Positions 17,994 to 26,800 of a stretch of DNA of 62,136 bases are shown here, piece after piece. The position numbers and the translations under genes are program-made. The number at the start of each line of letters is the position of its first letter. Position 1 is the first letter of the stretch. This stretch comes from a virus (Duplodnaviria; Caudoviricetes). The stretch lies in the IMG/VR virus record IMGVR_UViG_3300021197_001167, positions 1-62,136 of that record; one strand, given 5' to 3'. The notes under the pieces were generated by a model. It did not search any database and was not told where the DNA came from. It saw only the letters and a list, made by a program, of their open reading frames with translations.

Positions 17994-20190
17994 CGTTTTA
18001 ATTCGATACAGGGATGCAGAGGGAAACAGGCAGACGCAGACTGTTTCTGCGAATCCGTTTTGCTATATCGAGCCTCATAACATAGGCGATTTGAAAACAC
18101 CGTTCACTGTCCTTCCCGATGAAGGCTATGAGGGTCTTTATGGGGAAAAATTGCGTAGAGTTGTGTTCGACAATACCGATGATTTGCGCAGTATCTCAAA
18201 GAAGGTTCGCACATGGGAGGCGAACATTGCGCACCCAAACAAGGTTCTCGTTGAACATAATGTAAATATCCCGATGTATCAACATCGAACATGGTTCTTC
18301 GATATGGAGTGGATGATGGACTCCGGCCAAATAACAATTATCGTCATCGAAGACTCGGAGGATGGGGAGTATGTCTTATTCACGCATCCCGATTACAAGG
18401 CAGGTTTCTATGATTCAATACCTTGCAAAGACCACCCCGAAGGGATGACGGAGTGCGCAAGTGGTGAAAGGCAGTTCAAGTGCTTCAAAGACGAAAAATC
18501 ATTACTACAAGGGTTCACAAAACTTCTGCGCAAAAAAGACCCCGACATACTGACTGGTTGGAATGTAGTCAATGCAGACTGCCAACAATTATTCAAGCGA
18601 TTCAAAGCAAACGGTCTTGACATACGCACACTTTCGCCTATGCGCAAAGTTCGATATGACTTCGGGGAATGGGCGCAGCCAATCGCAGGCTACAACACCA
18701 TAGACTTGATGATTGCGTTTAAGAAGTTGTGGACTTTGAAGAACGGACAATTGCCTTCGATGGGATTAGGTGCAGTATCGACATATTGCTTGAAAGAGAC
18801 TAAGGTTGATTTGAAAGACGGGCATGATACCTATTTTACAGATATTGGCACATACCTCGACTACGCAAGACAAGATGTGCGCCTTTTACCGAGATTGAAT
18901 GACTTGGTCGGCGCATTAGATTACTTCACAGCAGTTCAACACATTGCGCAGTGCGATATACGCACTACTCCGTATGTGACGAAGGTTTTTCCTATCCTCG
19001 CTCTGCGTGACAAAGAGTTCAAAGAACAGATACCGAGCAAACCTCAATTCGAGAAGGTCGATTATGAGGGCGCAGACATTCAAGTGCCGGAGGCCGGTGT
19101 GTATCAAAACATAGGAATAATGGATATTAAGGCCATGTATCACTCAAATATCAAGAAGCATAACATTTGTTGGACTACGCTCGCTGATAAAGGAATTGAT
19201 TGCGGCAATGGAGTTAAGTTTGCGCAAAGAAATGGATTACTCGGCAGGCAGATGGATAAAATGACTGTTCTACGCAACAGATACAAGAAGTTGATGAAGT
19301 CTGCGCAAACAGAAAAAGAGCGCAAAATGTATGACGCATTACAGTATGCTACTAAATCCCTCGTTGCCTCTATGTATGGTGTGGCAGGTGACTCCAAATG
19401 TGGATTCTATCACCCCGATATTGCCTCCGCTATCACATTCACATCGAGAAAGACTTTGTTTGAACTTCGAGATATTGCAAATGAATTAGGTTGCACAGTG
19501 CGCTACGGACACACTGACTCGATTATGTGTGATGTAGAGTCTCCCGAAAAAGGTTTAGAACTTCTGCGCACAGTAAATGAGCGCATGAGTCCTATTGAAA
19601 CAGAGTTCGAGAAGTGGTGCGATACATTCCTTATCATGGCTAAGAACCGTTATGCGGCGAGTGTATCATGGACTGAAGGACAGCATCATGCCTCCGAAAT
19701 CTATGTGAAAGGCATTGAAATGAAACAAGGTCGATTACCTAATGCGCTAAAGTCTGCTCTACAATCAACTATACACGGAATACTAAACGAAAAGAATGAG
19801 GTTGAGATTACTCAAGAGATTGAGGATTTAGTGCGCAGAATAATTTCCGGTGATATTCCGGTGCGTGACCTTTGCATCAAAGCAAAGTTGAACAAGAATC
19901 TAAGCGAATACTCAACTCTCGGTGAAGCGAGAGCCGGTGCGCAGTGGGCGAACACCCATTTAGGCAAAGGTTATCGAAAGGATGATTACTTCTTGACTAC
20001 GCTAAATGAGAAGGGAGAATACATCGCCTTCGATGACCCAAGCGAAGTCGAAGGTATTGCGCAGATAGGCTACAAGCACATAGCCGAGCGATTTGTCTTT
20101 AACAAAGTTGCACCGTATTATGAAGTCATGGAGTGGGATATTGTTTCGCTTGAGAATGCACTTAACGGTTTGAACGGGAATTGGATTTGA
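17965..20190 (+). CDS. polB: Family B DNA polymerase
   Basis: ExoI FDME, ExoII GWNVVNAD, ExoIII YARQD; polymerase motifs DIKAMYHS, KSLVASMYG, YGHTDS, KNRY, VKGIE; GTG start after GGAGG. Confidence 0.95.
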   Translation: MIVERTKKNSVLIRYRDAEGNRQTQTVSANPFCYIEPHNIGDLKTPFTVLPDEGYEGLYGEKLRRVVFDNTDDLRSISKKVRTWEANIAHPNKVLVEHNVNIPMYQHRTWFFDMEWMMDSGQITIIVIEDSEDGEYVLFTHPDYKAGFYDSIPCKDHPEGMTECASGERQFKCFKDEKSLLQGFTKLLRKKDPDILTGWNVVNADCQQLFKRFKANGLDIRTLSPMRKVRYDFGEWAQPIAGYNTIDLMIAFKKLWTLKNGQLPSMGLGAVSTYCLKETKVDLKDGHDTYFTDIGTYLDYARQDVRLLPRLNDLVGALDYFTAVQHIAQCDIRTTPYVTKVFPILALRDKEFKEQIPSKPQFEKVDYEGADIQVPEAGVYQNIGIMDIKAMYHSNIKKHNICWTTLADKGIDCGNGVKFAQRNGLLGRQMDKMTVLRNRYKKLMKSAQTEKERKMYDALQYATKSLVASMYGVAGDSKCGFYHPDIASAITFTSRKTLFELRDIANELGCTVRYGHTDSIMCDVESPEKGLELLRTVNERMSPIETEFEKWCDTFLIMAKNRYAASVSWTEGQHHASEIYVKGIEMKQGRLPNALKSALQSTIHGILNEKNEVEITQEIEDLVRRIISGDIPVRDLCIKAKLNKNLSEYSTLGEARAGAQWANTHLGKGYRKDDYFLTTLNEKGEYIAFDDPSEVEGIAQIGYKHIAERFVFNKVAPYYEVMEWDIVSLENALNGLNGNWI

Positions 20191-20227
20191 CGACGGGTTT
20201 ATATGAGGACTGGTGCGTGGTGATAGT

Positions 20228-20509
20228 ATGGCGAGAGATACAAAAAAGCCCACAGTTAAACAGATGCAAGCACTACTTGCGGAAATGACTACTACACTTG
20301 AGCAACAAAACCAAATGTTGAGAGTTGTATTCGCAGAATGCGACAAGTTGAACATGGTTATGGTTCGGATGCTTGAGGCGCAGGGATTACTTCACAAAGA
20401 AGAATGTCCGGAATGCGGTTTCAAAATCAACACACCTCTTCTTGAGGACATTGCTTTACCCATCAACTGTCCGGCCTGCGAGTATAAATTGCGGGATGAG
20501 GAAGAATGA
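20228..20509 (+). CDS. Coiled-coil plus Zn-ribbon protein
   Basis: CPEC...CPAC; TTTATA 30 nt upstream. Confidence 0.7.
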   Translation: MARDTKKPTVKQMQALLAEMTTTLEQQNQMLRVVFAECDKLNMVMVRMLEAQGLLHKEECPECGFKINTPLLEDIALPINCPACEYKLRDEEE

Positions 20510-21360
20510 AAGAAGCATCGAAAATGTCAATTGAAGAATTGAAAGCCAATTCAAGTTATGACCCCACAGAAGAGGGAAAATTGCTTAAGTTGAGCAAGTC
20601 TTCATTTATGACATACTCAAAATGCCCTCGCCAATTTTGGATGCAGAAGGTTGTCTTGAAGGATATGCGAATGCCTGCTACTCCGCAGATGGAGAGGGGT
20701 TCACGCATACACACTGGACTTGAAACACTCTATGATAATTGGGAGGGTCAAAGCACTCTTGCGCCACTAATCCCTGCCGAAGCACATGAAGAAGGCATTG
20801 ATGAAATGGTGAACCTTGAGCAACAGCGCATTGATTTGTGGGGTATCGACAAGTTCAAGCCGATAGAGTATGAAGAATACCGAGCAGTCTATGACGCAGA
20901 GCGTGATGTAGTGCTTGTCGGATTGATTGACGCAGTATTAGTTCATCCCGACGGAGGACTTTGCATTTATGAATTGAAAACCGGAAACATGAATGACGGT
21001 AAATTGTCACGCACACGCAGAGAGTTGTGCTACTATGCGCACATGTTGCGCTTGATGGGTGAAACCCGACCAATTACGCACTTTGCATACCTTGCGCCCG
21101 ACGCAGACAATGTGGACTTTGTTATGAAAATGGTCGAAGACCCAAAAAGACAAGTCATGCTTGGTGATGAAAAGGGAATCCTAATCGTTGAAAAAGTCAA
21201 TGGGCGCAGTCATAACGCATTCATTAAGGCACTGGATAAAGCAGTAGCCGGACTAAAGGCGCATGAGAATCCTATGAAGTGGTCGGACTACTTTTGCCCT
21301 CAATGGTGCGATTTTGCGCCTGCTTGCGAGAGTGAAATGACGGGTGTTGGAGAATGGTGA
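20506..21360 (+). CDS. Cas4-like PD-(D/E)XK exonuclease
   Basis: CPRQFW, GSRIH, GLID and ELKTG motifs; C-terminal CPQWC...C completes a four-Cys Fe-S set. Confidence 0.85.
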   Translation: MKEASKMSIEELKANSSYDPTEEGKLLKLSKSSFMTYSKCPRQFWMQKVVLKDMRMPATPQMERGSRIHTGLETLYDNWEGQSTLAPLIPAEAHEEGIDEMVNLEQQRIDLWGIDKFKPIEYEEYRAVYDAERDVVLVGLIDAVLVHPDGGLCIYELKTGNMNDGKLSRTRRELCYYAHMLRLMGETRPITHFAYLAPDADNVDFVMKMVEDPKRQVMLGDEKGILIVEKVNGRSHNAFIKALDKAVAGLKAHENPMKWSDYFCPQWCDFAPACESEMTGVGEW

Positions 21361-21744
21361 TACCCCCAAAGCATCTGCGCATAAAGTGCGTAAAACCACT
21401 GGCTCATAATCCACAGTTTGAAGGAAAGGCGCATTGTATGCACTGCGCAAGAGATAACAAGAAAGAGTAAGGTGAAACAGAATGAAACCCGAATGGCAAT
21501 GGCAAATTGAAAAGAAACCAATTGGGAAATCATTTCCTCCCCAAGAAGTATTAAATTATTTGAAAGGTGTCAAGAAATGATTATCTGCGCAGAATGTGAC
21601 GGTGAAATGGTCGTCAGCAACGAGAAGGGAAAACCAATGATGCTCTTAACTGGCGATATTGATACTGGCAATGAGCGAATCGCTGTATGCAAGGTGTGCA
21701 ATCATCGTGTGGTTCTTAAGGACTGATGCTCTCCGTTGGTTTGT

Positions 21745-22734
21745 ATGCTACAATTCCCCCGTCAAGTCGGACTCAAGCGAACCATTTGTCATAACAGACA
21801 AGAGTTCGTTCAGTATATCCGCAGGCTCAACGGAAAAACCTCAATCTACACCTCCCTATACCCCTTCGATGAAGTCGGGGATTATGACTCTGCCATCATG
21901 GATAGAGCATGGTGGGATTTCGATATGAACGACGATTTCACTATGGATGATGTGAAGCATGATGTTGCCGCACTAATTCAGCGTTTAGAGGGCGATGTGA
22001 GGCTCGTTGCGACCGGCAGAGGGTTTCATATCCACCAGTGCTTTAAACGCCCCGTAAGAGGCCGAGAATGGGCTATTCACCTTGACAGGTATGAGCGTAA
22101 AATGGCAGAAGGTTTGAGTAGCCTCGATGGAGTCGGTTATCCGGAAAAATTGACAAGGGTTTCGGGAACATACAATCCGAAGCGCAAGAAGTGGGCAGTG
22201 ACTATCCCTGCGCATGACTTCGCACAAGACCCCTTCAATTACCGGATTCCGGAAAAACCTTTACCGGAATACATCAATATCGACCCCTTTCAAGGCAGTA
22301 TTACGGAAAATGAATGCTTTGATTTGGTAAAATGGGCTTTTGACAACCCAATCCCTGTGCGCAAAAGTGTTTCAGTTGGTGAAGGAATATCGGTCGGCGC
22401 AACAAACGGAGAGTGCGCACTGCCACCTTGTCTTGAGCGTGCTATCGGTGTATCAAACCCACCTCATCATGTTCGGGTCGCATTGGTTCAAGAGATGCGC
22501 AGACAGTTGGCATTCTACGCACCCCCCTCCGCACTATCCAACGAGGAAAACCATGATATAACAAACAAAATATGCCTTTTCATAGAGAGTCTTGGTTGGC
22601 AAGACTACATCGAAGGAATTACTCGAAAATATGTAGCAGGTGCAGTGCGCAAATATGAACATGCACCGAGTCCGAACTGGTATCGAAAACATAATTTATG
22701 CAATGGAGAAGGGTGTTGGTTCTGTGCGCAGTGA
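21745..22734 (+). CDS. Archaeo-eukaryotic primase, catalytic domain fused to a PriL-like C-terminal domain
   Basis: WWDFD and TGRGFHIH catalytic motifs; LPPCL, HHVR and terminal Cys cluster resemble the PriL C-terminal domain. Confidence 0.85.
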   Translation: MLQFPRQVGLKRTICHNRQEFVQYIRRLNGKTSIYTSLYPFDEVGDYDSAIMDRAWWDFDMNDDFTMDDVKHDVAALIQRLEGDVRLVATGRGFHIHQCFKRPVRGREWAIHLDRYERKMAEGLSSLDGVGYPEKLTRVSGTYNPKRKKWAVTIPAHDFAQDPFNYRIPEKPLPEYINIDPFQGSITENECFDLVKWAFDNPIPVRKSVSVGEGISVGATNGECALPPCLERAIGVSNPPHHVRVALVQEMRRQLAFYAPPSALSNEENHDITNKICLFIESLGWQDYIEGITRKYVAGAVRKYEHAPSPNWYRKHNLCNGEGCWFCAQ

Positions 22735-22966
22735 AGAAGAAATGATAACGATGCTTAAAGAAGCCTCAAAGTTGAGGGATAGGTGGCTTCAAGTCTTGAC
22801 TGACAAGACATGGGCTGACGATTCGGAGATGCGCAGAGCGATACGCAATTACAATGCTCTGCGTGGCGTTATCAAGAGTCTGCGTTGGGCTTTACAGCAA
22901 CCATTAGCCGGAAACCCTCTCTATTAAGACACTCGCTTAAATACTCCCTCTGCGCAGTTATACGCA

Positions 22967-23665
22967 ATGATAACCGCAGACGACAGGGAGAATGACAAAT
23001 TACTCCATCGTTTATTCGTTAAAGTCGGGAATCGAAAGACAGACCCGAAAGGGCAATGTATTGTCAAAAGACTCAAGACTGGTGATTACATCATCGGGGA
23101 TTATGGCATCGAGGCAAAAGAGATTAACGACCTTTACCGAAGTATTCTCGGTATTGGGCGCAATGGGCGCACTGTGAAGCATCAGTTGGCAGAACTATGC
23201 GAAGCAGTCGAATACCCAATCCTCGCAGTGTATAATACAACACTCAAGCCATATTTCAAAGGCCGTAAGGCGAAAAGACAAGAAGTAGCAAGAGAGATAC
23301 TGCGCCAACAAAGAATCATCAAATCATTCAAAATGACTCTCTACTCACAGTTCCCCAAAGTGCGCCTAATCGAGTTCAACGACATGGATGACTTCATCGA
23401 ATGGCTCGCCATACTAAACATGAACAGCGCAATGCGCACACGCTTTCAACCTGCCATCAAAGAGATGCCGGATGACCCAAGACTGCGTGCGTTGATTGCG
23501 ATTCAAGGAATTACCGAACCAATCGCAATAGCATTACTTGAAAAATACGGGTCACTCGGAGAATTATTAAAGGCAAAAGTCACGCAAAAGGATTTGATGA
23601 AGGTTAAAGGCGTTGGCAGAACTACTGCAAGACGGATTAAAGACATGCGCAAAGCGTGGGTTTAA
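22967..23665 (+). CDS. ERCC4/XPF-family nuclease with HhH motifs
   Basis: ADDRE, LKTGDY and IEAK..DL motifs; IQGI and VKGVG HhH motifs. Confidence 0.88.
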   Translation: MITADDRENDKLLHRLFVKVGNRKTDPKGQCIVKRLKTGDYIIGDYGIEAKEINDLYRSILGIGRNGRTVKHQLAELCEAVEYPILAVYNTTLKPYFKGRKAKRQEVAREILRQQRIIKSFKMTLYSQFPKVRLIEFNDMDDFIEWLAILNMNSAMRTRFQPAIKEMPDDPRLRALIAIQGITEPIAIALLEKYGSLGELLKAKVTQKDLMKVKGVGRTTARRIKDMRKAWV

Positions 23666-23668
23666 TAA
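23661..23668 (+). promoter_or_regulatory. TATA box for the RNA locus
   Basis: GGG-TTTAATAA, the same class as other viral promoters; +30 falls on the first G of the hairpin at 23691. Confidence 0.65.
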
Positions 23669-23690
23669 AGCATAGGAACAAGGGTTAATT

Positions 23691-23764
23691 GCGGGAGAGC
23701 GACAACATACCTCCGATGGGCTTTCGGTTCTGTGTCTTGTTTTCCTCCTTCGTCGCCTCCCGCA
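23691..23764 (+). ncRNA. Putative small RNA with a terminal stem and anti-SD loops
   Basis: GCGGGAG-A-GCGAC pairs with GTCGC-CTCCCGC (12 bp plus a bulge); inner CCGA/TCGG hairpin; ATACCTCC and TTCCTCCTT lie in unpaired regions. Confidence 0.55.
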
Positions 23765-23776
23765 TCTATTTCCTTT

Positions 23777-23852
23777 GGGGTCGTAGTTTAACCGGAAGAA
23801 CACTTCGTTTGCAACGAAGAGGCTAAGGGTTCAAATCCCTTCGACTCCACCA
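23777..23852 (+). tRNA. tRNA-Ala (UGC)
   Basis: Acceptor stem GGGGTCG/CGACTCC with G3:U70, A73 and encoded CCA; D stem GTTT/GAAC; anticodon stem CTTCG/CGAAG with loop TTTGCAA; T arm AAGGG-TTCAAAT-CCCTT. Confidence 0.95.
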
Positions 23853-23853
23853 A

Positions 23854-26800
23854 TCAATACGGCCTCATACTGTTGCTCTGCGCAACACCGAGATTTGAAT
23901 ACCTTCGCATTTTAACAGACAAAGAGTGGATAGTCACTGATGAAAAACCGGCGTTATCATTGCCCTGCGCAGGGCTACGCTCTATTTTTACACTTAATGT
24001 ATTACCTGCTACTTCTGCGCCATTTAACGCACTGGTTGAAAACAATGTGTGGCTTTGTCGAGTTAATGAACCAATTACAATAACTGTTTGTGCTGCGGTG
24101 GCTGCCGTTTCTGCGCAAGTCACTGTTGTTGTTAATTCCCCGTTTAGCGATGTATCGCCTTCAAAGGATAACTGCGCAATAACTTCTACAAACCCACCCT
24201 CCGATACATCATTTGGCACACGCACATTGATGCTGTGGCTGTGTGTTTCGCCCTGTGCGCCTGTTTCGGGATTGATGACTCCACCCAAAACGAATCCATC
24301 GGATGCAGGGATGCTTACGCCTTCGCTACTCATCATTGTTGATTCGATGCCGTCTATATCTCGGTTTGATGATAAGGCCGTAGAGGGTCTGTTTTGCCCT
24401 ATTACACTGAAAGAACCATCGGATAGCCCGACATCTGTTGCGAAGGATGCTTTGCCCTTTAACCCTCTAAATATTGATGTTCCTAAGAGGTTTGCAGACA
24501 TACCCGCAAACTTGCTTGATGGGTCGCCACCTTCGCCACCCATCGAGTTGAATGCTTGCGCCGGAATCAAGCCTCCCCCGCCCATAGGTGGCAGAGGTAA
24601 AACCGGAGGTATGGTTGGAGGGGGTATTTCGGGTCTTGGTGGTCTATTTGGTAAGCCCCCGCCATCTTCTGCAAGTTGTTTAAAGACACCCGCAAGAGTG
24701 TATTTGAAATGTTTTTCAGTGCGCTGTAAATCTAAAGCAACCTTATCGACTTGTTTATCCTTTTTGTTCCATGTAATACCTGCAATGTTAAGTGTTTCAT
24801 TGGTTAAATCCATGTGCGTATCAGTCAAAGACACCGTAGAAGCCGGAACATAATTTATGTCATCTACAATAGCAAGACGAGGCGCATAGTATGCTGTGCG
24901 CAGTTCTGCTTGTTTCCCCATACCTGCGTCAATTTTGTGTCCGAGAGGGAATGCGTTTGAAGTAGTAAAACCATGCGAGTTATAGGTTGTTAATCCTGTA
25001 ATGTCGTGCGCATTGTAAATATTTCCTGTATGTTCAAATCTGCGTGCAATGCTTTGTAAATAGTCATAATTAACAGAAAAAATAACTTTTTTTGCTGTGC
25101 TTGAGTATGAAGAAGGCAGTTGAACTTCAAACATACCGTTCCCTGTAATTTCAACAGACGCAGAACCGGCCAGTGTATTTACACTATACTCCGGTGGTAT
25201 TTCCGAACCGGCAGAACCGCTTGTTGTTTCGTTAAATGTGTAATCTAAAAGCCATAACTTGTATGTGTTTGCATCACTTACTGGATTTGTTGAACGACCA
25301 TTGCCCGAAGCACCATGAAGGCTAATTGCAAGCCTTAGTTCGTTGTTTGTTGTTTCGCTAAACTTTGGTGTATTTTTATCAACATTCACTACTTTAAGAC
25401 AAGGTGTTAAACTGTTTGTTCCGTAGTGGGGTATGCCATTGCTTTTTGAATTGCCAAATTGATAATGAACAGGATGAATCCCCGAATGAGGCGTAAATCC
25501 GCTATCGCAATATATCGAAAGTCTTTGCGAAGCATTCCCAACAATTGTATTCCACCCATTCTGCAAAATAACAGAAGAACCATAACCTGCACCGGAAGCA
25601 TCCCATTGCGCAGTGCCACTCGGCCCACTTATTGTAAAAATCAATGACCCCACTTGAGTATTGCTGCCAGTAGCACTATGAACATGTATTCCTTTTGTTT
25701 CTAAAACACTTTGATTTTCAACAATTGCTTGAACAACAGTAATGCTATCATTTCTTGTTTCGCTATCTGTAAGAGAAACAGAGCCTAATTGATGCGAAAA
25801 TAAAGTTTGAGATGAGTGCGCAAAGTCTTGAACTCCGTTAAATGGCATACCGCCCCATAGATTAGTCCAAGAAGCATTTGCTTTTTTATTATAGAGAAAT
25901 CCTCTGCGCATAACATCTTGCACATATCCATATCGACCGCCGGATAGCATTTTGCTTTTTTCTCCGGCTTGAAGTAATACTTCTGCGTTAATTTGCACTT
26001 GCGCATTAGATTCACGCAAAAACTCTTGTTTTGCAAGAGCCATTGCTTCTGCTTCACTGAAAACCTTTGGTTGTTGTAGCACACGCCATCGAGTAGTAGC
26101 ACCTTCGACGGGAGTTGGGTATTCTGCGTAGTTGCTGTTTCCGTTAAAATACACACGCACATTTGTAATCTGCGCACCCATTCTTGTTTGCATTGAGGAT
26201 TGCTTTAGATTTGCTCTTGTAAAGGCAATGTTGGAGGGTATTTGCTGCCGAATAGTAAGGATATTATCTCTATCCATTAACCAGTTAAATGTCGTTTGCT
26301 TTCCAACCACACCGTTTCCGTCTTTATCAACAATGTTTGTAGCGATGTTCATAATAGTCATACCTTTACCGTCAAACATTGACCCGAATGAATCTTTTTG
26401 CGCAGAACCAACAGCATCCGGCATGTATCTTGTCTTTGGCATTTCATAAATGCAAGGAAGTGTTGTGTTTCTTGCCCATGTATCTGCTGTTGTAATTGAA
26501 TACATACTGCGCAATTTATCATCTGCGTAATATGTTCCTCTGTTTTGGCTTTTTACTACGCCTTCAATGTTCACAGAAAGTCGCAACGGGAATAACGCAG
26601 AAGGTGTGTTAAAGACAAGAACTTTTTCAAAAATACCCGCACTATTTGCTGTTGTTTTTAATGTAATAGTTGCTCTTGATGCAGGGCTTGAGTAATTTGC
26701 ACGCTCACTTGCAACAAGTGTTTTAACTGTATTTGGGTCTTCTGCGTTTGGCAGACTTGTTATAAATACACCTGTTAATTTATCTCCAAGTGTTGCGTCA

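Noticed and set aside
17965-20190. Inactivated PolB or intein
   Set aside because: Catalytic aspartates and exonuclease motifs are retained; length is normal and there are no intein signatures.
23691-23764. Second tRNA
   Set aside because: It has a 7-bp acceptor-like stem but no T-arm (TTCRA) or cloverleaf.
23777-23852. attP site or integrated provirus
   Set aside because: No integrase is recognisable, there are no host flanks, and the tRNA is complete.
23873-24853. 326-aa + strand ORF
   Set aside because: Antisense shadow of the giant tail gene; no recognisable motifs.
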